Origin: Octopus sinensis
Taxonomy: Eukaryota
Assembly (NCBI RefSeq): GCF_006345805.1
Contig: NC_043001.1
Coordinates: forward strand, 6,200,001 to 6,264,000
Direction of reading: 5' to 3'
Length of the DNA: 64,000 nt
Part shown: piece by piece, positions 14,944 to 26,490 of the stretch
How positions within the stretch are numbered: position 1 is the stretch's first letter
Layout: every line of letters starts with the position of its first letter
Position numbers and translations under genes: made by a program
Notes under the pieces: generated by a model
The model's input: only the letters and a program-made list of their open reading frames with translations
Database searches by the model: none
What the model was told of the DNA's origin: nothing

Positions 14944-14953
<10 letters not shown>
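14612..14953. repeat. Perfect inverted repeat, 165-bp arms with 12-nt spacer; each arm carries a type I hammerhead
   Basis: 14612-14776 is the reverse complement of 14789-14953; HHR on plus strand 14814-14856 and on minus strand 14709-14751. Confidence 0.92.
14814..14856 (+). ncRNA. Type I hammerhead ribozyme (PLE-type)
   Basis: Stem I CCAC/GUGG, core CUGAAGA, stem II UUGUC-GAUCAA-GACAA, GAAA, quasi-palindromic stem III ACGAUUGU, cleavage triplet GUA (cut after 14852). Confidence 0.75.
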
Positions 14954-14979
<26 letters not shown>

Positions 14980-14985
<6 letters not shown>

Positions 14986-16055
14986 AATATAAGAGAGAAT
15001 CCAGGATGTGGACGCTCTTATGCTAAAAATAGATCCGCAATGGTCTCATCCACTAGGAACTATTCTCAAGAAACATTTAGCACACTATGAACGTAAGCGA
15101 GCAGGACATATGAAAAATAACAAAAATATAGATTAACCCCGGAAATTGTTTCACTGTTAATAAATTATGCAATTTTACTAACACAATAAATCTACAGATC
15201 ATCAGTGAGATTCGTCATAAAATATAATTTGTCGAACTGCCAGATATTAACGCGAAGTCAAAAACACGAGTAGTTCGGCCTATTATATTCGCAGTTATGT
15301 TCAAATGCCCTCGTTCGAGCGCGCCAAACTTACCGGAAATAAATACTGCATAAATAATTTACTGCAGTAGTTAGTGCCGGTTTAAGAACATACTAATTTA
15401 TAATTAAAATCAAAATAAGGGTGAAAAAATTGGATATTAATTTAATAATATCAATTTAACACCAAGTTGTTTAGCGCATAAAAAACTGAGATTCAGTAAA
15501 TATTAATACACAAATATAAGACAGAATCCACTATGCAGTAACTACTGCAGTAAATTATTTATGCAGTATTTATTTCCGGGAATTTTGGCGCGCTCGAACG
15601 AGGGCATTTGAACATAACTGCGAATATAATAGGCCGAACTACTCGTGTTTTTGTCTTCGTGTTAATATCTGGCGTGCAGTTCGACAAATTATATTTTATG
15701 ACGAATCTCACTGATGATCTGTAGATTTACTGTGCAAGTAAAATTGCATAATTTATTAACAGTGAAACAATTTTTGAGGTTCATCTATGTTATTTTTCAT
15801 TTGTTATTTTTGTTATTTTTAATTTGTCCTGCTCGCTTACGTTCATAGTTGTGCTAAATTTTTCTTGAGAACAATTCTTAGTGGTTGAGACCATTGTGGA
15901 TCTATTTTTAGCGTAAAAGCGTCCACATTGGGGATTCTCTCTTATATTTGTGTATTAATAATATTTACTGAATCTCAGTTTTTTATGCGCTAAACCACTT
16001 GGTGTTAAATTGATATTAAATTAATATCCAATTTTTTCACCCTTATTTTGATTTT
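14980..16055. repeat. Compound inverted repeat (about 400-bp arms, about 90% identical) of a PLE-like terminal unit
   Basis: 14980-15373 is inverted against 15539-15953; the spacer 15406-15529 is itself an inverted copy of about 15931-16055; bounded by (TA)n on both sides. Confidence 0.85.
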
Positions 16056-16099
16056 ATATATATATATACATATGTATATACATATATATGCATATATAT

Positions 16100-16163
<64 letters not shown>

Positions 16164-16171
<8 letters not shown>

Positions 16172-16625
16172 AGTGAATTGAAGAAATGGAGTTGAACGAA
16201 GATTGAACAGAAATCGTTTTATTGCATTCTACACGTGTTTCGAAAGGCACAATTTACCAAATTCCGATTGAATAATGAGACCATATGTGTCTTTTCTTCA
16301 GGAAGAAATAGGAAATCCGTTGGAAAAAACAAAAACAGAACAGAGGCGGAGCAAAACAAATCGAACGTGGCTCCTAAGAGCCCATGGCCAACAGTTTGGC
16401 CATGGGCTTTTAGGAGCCTCATTCGATTTGTTTTGCTCCGCCTCTGTTCTGTTTTTGTTTTTTCCAACGGATTTCCTATTTCTTCCTGAAGAGAAAGACA
16501 CAATATGGTCTCATTATTCAATCGGAATTTGGTAAATTGTGCCTTTCGAAACACGTGTAGAATGCAATAAAACGATTTCTGTTCAATCTTCGTTCAACTC
16601 CATTTCTTCAATTCACTAATAATAT
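16164..16625. repeat. Near-perfect palindrome, about 228-bp arms with 4-nt loop; each arm carries a hammerhead
   Basis: Centre CCCATGGCCAA-CAGT-TTGGCCATGGG (loop 16392-16395); only a few mismatches or indels; right arm continues unpaired to about 16775. Confidence 0.92.
16478..16567 (+). ncRNA. Type I hammerhead ribozyme with long stem II
   Basis: UUC-CUGAAGA (16486-16492), stem II GAAAGACACAAU/AUUGUGCCUUUC, GAAA, palindromic stem III ACACGUGU, triplet GUA (16557-16559), then GAA. Confidence 0.7.
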
Positions 16626-16772
16626 TAAAATTCAATTATCCGCACCAACGCACGGTTGCAACACCATATGGTTGTACCTCCAACCGTGCTGTCTTCTGCT
16701 GTGATTTTTGCTACCAAGGTATCGGTTAAACTTTTGATTAATCTGCAACAAGATTATTCATCTTTCTATTTC

Positions 16773-16838
<66 letters not shown>

Positions 16839-16840
16839 TT

Positions 16841-16926
<86 letters not shown>

Positions 16927-17256
16927 AAGTGGATATGTAGGCATACATGGATACATAAGCAACATATAAATATATATTCTCACAGGGACAAATTCATATG
17001 AAGACATATACACAAGAATTCGTATTCACGTATATGCTATCATGTACAAATGAATTCGTCCATATATACAGGAATATATTTTCATGTAGACACTCATATA
17101 TATATATTTGTGAAGATCTTCTTTAAGCACCTCTTAAACAAATACACTACCAGGGCTTTGTTCGAGCCGAAGTTACCAAAGCTGCCAAGATATAGAAGTG
17201 AGCCGGTTGGGAAGCGAATGTCTGACCACGCAGTCTCACTTTCCCAAAACTTTTAA

Positions 17257-17287
<31 letters not shown>

Positions 17288-17315
17288 TATGTGTATTTGT
17301 GTAACGCGCGTGTAT

Positions 17316-17350
<35 letters not shown>

Positions 17351-18166
17351 ACCATGCGTGTGTTTATGTGTGTGTGCAATTATGCCATGTTTTACAGACA
17401 TCGGGTATGATCTGATAATTTGTTGATTTTTACTACCGAAATTGATTCGGATGAATTAAAGTCAGAAGACTGAAAGATGGCAACTTTACTAATATAACTT
17501 TACTTATTTACAGCATTCTTTAAAATTTATATTTTTATTAATAATTCTCATCGAGTTGTTTTTCAATGATATACCAAGGAACACTGAACAAACAACACAG
17601 TTTCTATCCAAACCAGATACATTCTATAATTCTGTAATTTACTAATGTTATCCAATCATAATGTTGATAAACTTCGCTTGTAGCTAATGTCTTGCTATTC
17701 TGCAAATACTTCCTACGTCATCTTAAAACAGGAAGACATGAACAAACATTTTATTTCTAAGCAACAATGTTTCAAATGTCAGGATTCCCGAACCTGTAAA
17801 TAATAGATGATTAGTCACTACAAATAGGGAAAAAATATCCATTTGCTAATAATTAACAACGTTTCATAGGAACATGATATTGCATAGTCTACAGTTATTC
17901 CGATAGCATACGGAACACGTGATCTAAGTCTGTACGTTACACGTTTTTAAGGAGATACGCAGACATACATTGATACATAAGCAACATATACATTTATATT
18001 CTCGCAGGGACAAGTCCATATGAAAACATATACACAAGGATATGTATTCGTGTATGTGCTATCATTTACAAATGAATACATTAATATGTATACAAGAATA
18101 CATCTCCATGTACACAAGCATATATAAGCATTTATGTAGGTATATATACGCATCTATATATATATA

Positions 18167-18206
<40 letters not shown>

Positions 18207-18219
18207 TAAAGATATAAGT

Positions 18220-18254
<35 letters not shown>

Positions 18255-19445
18255 GTGAGAGAGAGATATATGTATGTGTATATATATATATTCACAAATA
18301 TATAGGTACATATATAGAAAAATATAGATCTATATGTGTGTGTGTTTATATACATAAATATTTAGGTGCGTAAATTATTGTCTATGTATGTGTGTTGGTG
18401 TGTATGTGTGTGTGTCTACGTGTGTTTACATATATAGCCCAAATACTTCAAATCATGCAGATAAATTTACATGTATGATATGCTGGCTATTTATATTTTT
18501 GTTTTTTATTATTTTTATTCATATATTCGGTTTTGGTTTTGCTTTTGTGAAATACAAAAAGGGAAGTCATTCGCTCAGACTAAATTCCTAGGCTATGGAG
18601 ACATATTAATAACAGGTTACTGTTTATATATTTACGCTGATTACATTCTGCTCGCGTAGAAATGTATGTAATTAATTTTCTTATAAACGAATTCATTTAA
18701 TATATTTATATTATGGATGTATGCATGTATGAATGTACGCATATGCTTGTATATAGATTTGTGTGTTTGTACGAACATATGTATATTCATATGCACGTAT
18801 GCATATATATCTTTAGGTGTGTGTTTGTGTCTACATATAGGTTCGTTTGAGTAAAATACGTTGAGTAATCGGTAAAAAGTTTGTTTGTGAAACAGGAAAT
18901 ACTGTAAACTTAACAGTGAATGTAAATATATCTCAGACTGCTTCCTTAGCAATGGCGGCTTTACTCTGAAAATGCTGTAAATCTGGTGAAAGTAATTGAA
19001 TATGAGTGTTTGCATCGATGCCCTAACAGAACTGAAGTGATGTGTGATATATTTGTTTCAGTCAATAATGTGTTCGTACATGATTCATCTAAATGTAGAA
19101 ATTGCAGAAGCGGATCATGGATTACTGCAATCAACGCAATATATCAATTATTAATATATATATAAAAATAAGCAGAAAAGGAAAAGGGCAAAAAATTTGT
19201 CATTGAAGCAAAATTATTGTTGCCAATGTTACATTAATTTCAAATAATGAAGATTTATCATAATTTGAAATGAAGTGCCTGGCACTTTTAGAGATTTAAT
19301 TCGGGACGCATGAGTTGGTTTACATTGAGAAAAGAGAAGATTTGAAATGTGTTCGCTGATATGAAAGACTGATACACTTTGTCCACAGAGTTAAGAAATA
19401 ATCAGCCGTTTAATATTCATTTCAGATACCTTCCTATATACATAA

Positions 19446-19527
<82 letters not shown>

Positions 19528-19528
19528 C

Positions 19529-19759
19529 ACACTGTAATCATCTCAGTTATTCGGACTGTAATCTCATGAGATATGTGATGTGTTGAAACGAACGTAGTGA
19601 TGCATCAAATTATTTAGAAATTCCATCAACAATTATTGTTATCATTACTATATATATATCTGTTTGTATGTGTGTGCGACTGTGTGTGTACATGTATATA
19701 TGTACATATATATGTATATATATATATATGTATATATATATATTATATATATATATATC

Positions 19760-19814
<55 letters not shown>

Positions 19815-19961
19815 ATATATATATAATATATATATATATTGTAATGATAACAATAATTGTTTGATGGAATTTCTAAATAATTTGATGCATCACTACGTTC
19901 GTTTTAACACATCACATATCTCATAAGATCACAGTCTGAATATCTGAGATGATTACAGTGT
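19529..19961. repeat. Inverted repeat (about 120-bp arms) enclosing a (TA)n/(TG)n spacer
   Basis: 19529-19648 is inverted against 19841-19961, about 93% identical; the left arm contains CUCAUGA...GAAACGAACGUA. Confidence 0.85.
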
Positions 19962-20651
19962 AGTCCATAGTGTCAGTCGGCATCGAGTAGACCATCTTCA
20001 TGGATTCAATTCTTCGGGCGATATAGAATTAATGATATTTTAACTAGTAGTCCTTAATACTTTTTGACCCTCAAAATGTAATGATGGAGGAATTGTCATG
20101 AAAGATCTTCCCTCGGGATACAAGTGATTCTGTCCCCTTCCCGCCTTAAAGTATTCAAGATATTTCTTTAAATTACTGGTATGAGGCTTGCAATTTCGCA
20201 GGAAAGTCTAAGTCAATTAGAATGTATAAATCGAATTCATTTTAAAGACCACAGCAGATGTGGGACAAGGTTGGTCTTAGTGGAGTTTCAACCCAGAACG
20301 TAATTGTGTACGAAGTACCACCAAGCATTTTGTCTGGCGTATTAACGAATCTCTCAGTTTGCCGATATATAGAATTCAAAATCATGAAGCATTTTATTAA
20401 ATTTTCAGAAAAGGTGAAAATACTTATAATTTTCTCTACTAAAGGAATAGCAAATTGTTCGTTGCACGAGTAATAGTAAAACAGGAGTAATATAAATACA
20501 ATTAGTGAAATATTTAGTACAAAATATGGAATTATGTAAAAAATGGTATGAATTAACAGAAGAGAGGAGATTCACAGACGATTGAATCACAGAGAGCCAC
20601 TTAGAAGAAATTTGGGATGTGTTCTTCGAATACTTTTAATAGTCATCGTAT

Positions 20652-20742
20652 GTTTTGGAGGATTAGCAAATACTAACTGGTTATCGTGTTTTGAAGATTA
20701 GCAGATACTAAGTGGTTTTCGTGTTTTGGGGGACTAGCAAAT
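20652..20742 (+). repeat. 35-36-bp minisatellite, about 2.5 copies
   Basis: GTTTTGGAGGATTAGCAAATACTAACTGGTTATCGT repeated with variants. Confidence 0.7.
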
Positions 20743-23344
20743 TTTGAGTAATAATAATTGCAATATCATTTCTAGTATCATTAATATCATCAAAATTAGA
20801 GGAGGCTGGCATGTCGAAACCACTTCTCAACTGGTACATATTTTATCGACCTCACAAGAGATGCAAGAAAAGACTTCGGGGAAATTTGAACTTAAAGATG
20901 AAAGAAATGCCGCTAAGCATTTTTCCAGCGGAGAAATAACTGCCAGTTTCCCGCCTTCATTTATATTAATAACGATGTCTTTTATGCGTTAAAACACATT
21001 TTCTGCACAAAATACTTGAAATTTTGTGCTGAATGTCAAGTGTAAAAAAAGCAATTGTTTTTCCTATCTAAGAGCTTCAGAATATTGTATAATGAGAAAA
21101 CACATATTAGATTCGATAAAGCAGCAACGAAAGAGAATTTAAATGGCTTAAATATAGAAGATAAAGTTGAAATTGTCTTTCATGCATTATGTTTATCACA
21201 ATAATATTCTGAAAGTAATCCAGCCACTTGTTATCAATTCAACTAAAATTAAATTAGTTTTTTTTATCAACAGAATGTCTTGGTTTTAGACTATTTAAAA
21301 ATGAATGACATGTCTGGTTTAATACAATTAACTAATCGAGTCTCAGTTTTTAGTAACCAAGGTTCAATACCACCAAACATAAATAATACTTTAATGATTT
21401 AATATCAGGTTGCACCCTTTAATTCCTAAACTTTTTCGCTGGAAAGTGATCAGGTTTCGGTAGATTCAATATCTTATTAGGATGTGGAATATCATAATCT
21501 TTATGCATGGAAAAAATTTACTGCTATACATAGCAACTAAACGAAATGGGAATTTTTACTTTTGATGATGATATGGTTTGAAAACAGCAGCAATTTTAAA
21601 TTATTCTCTTTAAATAAGTACGTCAGGTGGCATATATTGATGGTTTTGTTACATAATATGCAGAGCTTCAATCGAAAGAACACATACAAATTATGAATAT
21701 TAGAGGAAATTTTAGGAGCGACAGTCAAATGCAAGCATTTAAAGACATTGATTTTATGATTTTAGTAATCAGATAAACAGAATCTCTTCACTAAATGTTT
21801 ACAATTTGTGATCTTCCTTGGCTCCTTCTATTATATATACCATAAAAGTTCAGCTGATGTATAAAGCAGACATGAATTAGGCTTCCATGTGGAAGAGATT
21901 TTCGTTTGCGATATATGTGTAAAAGACTATCTTACGCATCAAATTCCGTCGAATTAAAGGGATAAGAATATATCTAAATATCTGAATGATTTTAGCTGTG
22001 ATAGGAAATTATAACAATGCAACTACATTCGAAAGATTTTCTCAGCCTTACAAAAACAAAAATACAGAAGACTTTCAACAGTTATTTACGATTTATTTAG
22101 AAGTTCTACCAGACGACTTTCATTAATATCTAATGTTACTTCAGCTAATGTACCAAATTACATGTGTTATATTTATGTCGACAGAACAATTCCGATCAAT
22201 CGTTTATGTACATATATATGTTCTTCGTCGCACGCACACGCGCTCGCACACAAGCACACACTCCCACACATTTTCACACTCATGCATGTATATGTATGTA
22301 TATGTATAACTATATATATATATATGTGTGTGTGTCTTTGTGTGTGTTGTGTTTGTATGTTCGTATATACTTATAAATAAACTTATAAATCAGCATGCAT
22401 ACATAAAAATATATCAAAGTCTATGAGAGAGCAACTCAATCCTGAGTAGCTGGTGTCCTAGAATTTGATAAAAGAAACCTGTCCATGTGTTTACACCTGC
22501 TAAACATTTCAGATCTGGAATGATGCAGTTTGTTGGAATTATGAGATCTAAGAAAAATATAAGATGCTTCTGCTACATGTAACTTGCATTTCGTAGATTC
22601 ATTGACGTATATCATGGATTTGTCCACGAGTCTCCACTTATTTGTATGTGGAGTGGACCTGTTGTAATACTTCTGTCGATTCACTGGAAAGAAGATAGGT
22701 CCTATGCATAAGGTTCTTAGAATTCTCCTTCACGTAACCCGATGTAATTCTTCTTTTCAATTTCTTTATCTTAGAGCGTGACCGTTACATCAGCCTCGAA
22801 TATAACGAAGTTTATCATACACGTCAGGTCAAGAGGGCAATCTTCAGACTTCCTACAGTTACAACTGCAAGTGGGATCTTCGTGGTTTTACGAAAATATG
22901 AATGATACGAAATCAAATTTATAATATAAATACAAACATAATATACTGCAGTCGGGAAGATTATATAAGGATTTTATTGTATGGCATATTTCCTTTCTGT
23001 ATAAATATTTATCTGTATTCCTTGATAGTTTCCCAATCGCTTGTTGATGAACAAGAACAAACGGCACCTAATGCATAGTAAATTTTAGTACTTCGGTACT
23101 GTGCAATTAAATGCCAGGGCGTCGATTACAATTTCTCTGTAATTGATACAGACGCACACACTAAATGACTGACTATTGACAAAATTATAATATGAAAGAA
23201 ACCGTTGGATCATATAGTTCCAGTTCATCTAAAATAATCATTGATTCATTGGTCTGTTCCCAAACGTCGGGCAAATCACGACAAATTATTTCCAACTGAA
23301 GCAGAGCAAACGCGCTATTTGATATCCAATCCATTTTTCTTGTA

Positions 23345-23545
23345 ACATTTATTCTTACTGACTTTTTGCTGCGAAGAAGGGTATAATCGTTTGGATTGAC
23401 ATCAGTGCGTAACCGCTTCTTATTTTATCGAATCCGATCGGTTGAGAGGCAAAGTCAAGCTCGGCGGTATTTGAACTCTTACTCAGAGCGTAATGACAGG
23501 CGAAATGGAGCTAAGCATTATGCCCAGCGTGCTAAAAATTCTGCC
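23345..23545 (-). mobile_element. tRNA-derived SINE (family B)
   Basis: Reverse complement matches the 36958-37165 copy (GAGTTCAAAT..CCG..GAG.TTGACTTTGCCT core). Confidence 0.7.
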
Positions 23546-23554
23546 AGCTCACTG

Positions 23555-23583
23555 CATTATACTTGATGATGATGATGATGATG

Positions 23584-23638
<55 letters not shown>

Positions 23639-23673
23639 TAATAATAATGATAATAATAATGATAATAATAATG

Positions 23674-23710
<37 letters not shown>

Positions 23711-23789
23711 TAATAATAATGATAATAATAATGATAATAATAATGATAATAATAATAATAATAATAATAATAATATAATAATAATAATA
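23555..23789 (+). repeat. Compound (GAT)n/(AAT)n microsatellite with 12-bp GATAATAATAAT higher-order units
   Basis: Seen directly in the sequence. Confidence 0.95.
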
Positions 23790-24114
23790 ATGGAGAAACT
23801 TTCAAAATAAAAAAAGCCCTAGAAAGAGAGGTAAGTAAGTCGAATGTGGTGCCTAAAAACAGAAACAGTCCCTATCATAGTGGGCTCATTACGCATAAAA
23901 AATTAACCAGGCAAATACATAACAAAAACACCAGGACTAACCAGTATATATAACATACGGAAAATTGCACTACTAGGCACTGCACACATCCTACGTAAAA
24001 CACTTTCAATACAGTAACCATCAAGGCATCACAGCAAACCACAGCACATACCCAAGGCAGACAGAGTTGTGCTCGGTGGTGTAGTGAAACCACGTGATCA
24101 AAATAAGACTACTG
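23790..24114 (+). mobile_element. R4/Dong-like non-LTR retrotransposon 3' end (restriction-like endonuclease C-terminus plus 3' UTR) embedded in (AAT)n
   Basis: Fragments MEKLSK..K.LE.EVS, ETVPIIVG and GKYITKTPGLTSIYNIRKIALLGTAHILRKTLSIQ* (stop 24015-24017); (AAT)n on both sides. Confidence 0.75.
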
Positions 24115-25459
24115 AATAATAATAATAATATTAATAATAATAATGATGATGATGATGATGATAATCGGAATAGAATATCAGGAGAAATATAAAGATAGTC
24201 GGTATAGAATGCCCAGGAGAACTGTAATAAAAGTTTTGCCTCCTTGGCAAGGCCAGAATAACCAAGGAAGTATTAAGACAATTGAAAAGAACAGAGAGCG
24301 GAGCACCGTAGGTAGACTGAAAGGAACAAGCCCGCTACGCACACAAGGCTGCTGGAGCTCCAACAAATAACTGAGATAGAAAGATATAATAATAATAATA
24401 CAATTATAATTGTCTTTTTTACATTTTTATATAATTATTACCTATTCCACAATTTCACAAAAGATTAAAATGCAATTGAAAGAAACTGTAATATATGAAG
24501 AATGTTTTACAAACTGAGATTTCTGTAACTGCGGTAAATAATATAACCATTGAATATATCCGCTTGTGAAGACACTGGAGAAGGCGTATGTGAAAGCACT
24601 AAAGACTTTAAATTTGTATTCATATTTTGAGTCTTGTTTCAAACAATCGCATGTGTAAAGGGGAATTCAAGCAGCGTATCATCATATACCGTGCCCGGTT
24701 TTACACAAAAATAAATAATCTATTCCTATTACAAAAATGGAATATTGTACTGAACTTAATTTAAATTTGTTGGCAGAGAACTTGCTAAGCATCACTTTTC
24801 TTTCCTAAACTAATTTTATAAGATTGATTTTCATGTATTGGAAGTTAGTATAAATTGGCTCGTACCACTGTTAGTTCATTTGGTTTTAGAAATTTATTAT
24901 AAATAAAAATTACTACAAAACCAAATTAATTGGTTTAGTGTCCTCAGAAGAAAGGGTCATGAACTCATTTAACTTTTTGATTTCATGTCACAAAACGAAA
25001 TAAATTATCTTCATCGAATAACTTTATATCATATAATAATAATAATAAAATGTGAGTGCCATAAACATACAGCATTCCTGCAAGTAGAAGAGAATACATG
25101 ATGGGTGTGGAGTTGAGATTATTTCTACATACATTTCTGTATACGCGCACAAAAGTATATGTACATTTACATATACATATACATACACACATGCACACAT
25201 ACACAGAAGCATATACATACGTAGAGTTTAGCATATATTTACAAAAATATAGGTACAAATAGAGAGAAATATATATATATATATTTATGTATTAATAAAT
25301 GTGTATATACATATATAAAAATATATATGTATATACGTAGGTATATACACACATATACATATGCCTATGCATATATGAATGATTGAATATATATATGTAT
25401 ATATATATGTGTGTGTGTGTGTATATATGTATAAATATATATATATGTATATATATATA

Positions 25460-25515
<56 letters not shown>

Positions 25516-25689
25516 ATTTGGCTGTCTTTAAATAGAATTGCGTCTGTCTTTGTACCAAGACTCCGAAGAGACATGTATACATAGACAGAAGCTTTTATAA
25601 ATCAACTATTGTATTTAAGTCGAACGAAGTAATTTTAACTTGATCTGGAATTTAAAAACATTTTTTTATCATGTTATTATTATTGATTT

Positions 25690-26490
25690 GATTTTGTAGT
25701 TTCAGCTCATAGCTCCGTCCATGCTGGGGCAGCGCCGTTTTGCTACACTGTTATTATTGAGAGCCTCCTCTAATATTTGGCATATGGTGAATAAAAGTGT
25801 TTGATGTCGCTACCCTTGCTTGCTGCCCATGCCGCGAGGTAGGTTCATCTGGGTCTCTTGACAGGAAGAGATAATTTTGATTTGATAACTCCTATATCTA
25901 TGTTGTGTAGGTCCCTCAGACTCTTTGGGTGAATATTAAAACTCTGTGGGCCCTTGAGACCCAGGATGCTATAGTAACTGGTCTTGAAGCGCGAAAGCAT
26001 CACCGAGATATTTGGCACAGTGTGGCTTTCAATAAACAAAATTTCGCATATTTCCTTCCAGGATCTTCCAGGCGTATATTACTTCATATCTCTCTCGCCT
26101 TCGCTTCAGCGAGTAAAGTCTTAGCTCTTTCAGCCTTTCCCAGAAGCTGAGCTGTTGCAACAAACGATCTTCTCTGTGAAACTTCGCTGGATTACTTCAA
26201 GGTCCGCTACTAATTTTACAGTGTTGAGTATCCTATCTAGGAGCAGTAATCCAGGCATCTAAGGACGAATGTCCTCCACAGGTCCATCATTTTCCATTCT
26301 CTCTGGTTCTGAACCTTCTCACGATCCAGCCAGCCAGTTGACTGCATTTTGTCGCCATCATGGTAATGTGCACATCGAAAGTGGTATCATCACTCATGTC
26401 TATACCCAGGTCCCTCAACGATTTAGGTTCTGGGGGGGATTGTAATCCCCTGTGGACTACCGTACACTTTAAGTTTGATATCTGTTCCAC
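25690..26490 (-). mobile_element. CR1/L2-group LINE 3' fragment (RT C-terminal region)
   Basis: SLRDLGIDMSDDTTFDVHITMMATKCSQLAGWIVRRFRTR and LGLKGPQSFNIHPKSLRDLHNIDIGVIKSKL; frameshifted. Confidence 0.75.

Noticed and set aside
16219-16554. Four overlapping mirror-image ORFs
   Set aside because: Artefact of the palindrome; no protein motif.
16949-18120. About 150-bp direct repeat pair (16949-17095 and 17970-18120)
   Set aside because: Low-complexity, about 78% identical decayed AT/AC-rich sequence with no structure or termini.
20150-20420. Possible LTR-retrotransposon integrase remnant (RQTERFVNT)
   Set aside because: A single short motif; no RT, RNase H or LTRs nearby.
20652-20742. 36-bp direct repeats superficially CRISPR-like
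   Set aside because: No unique spacers, no cas genes, eukaryotic context; also applies to the 73-bp array at 59.5 kb.
22528-22566. IWNDAVC after an acceptor-like site (C-type lectin WND motif)
   Set aside because: In-frame stop within a few codons, no terminal cysteine motif, and the other frames are closed.
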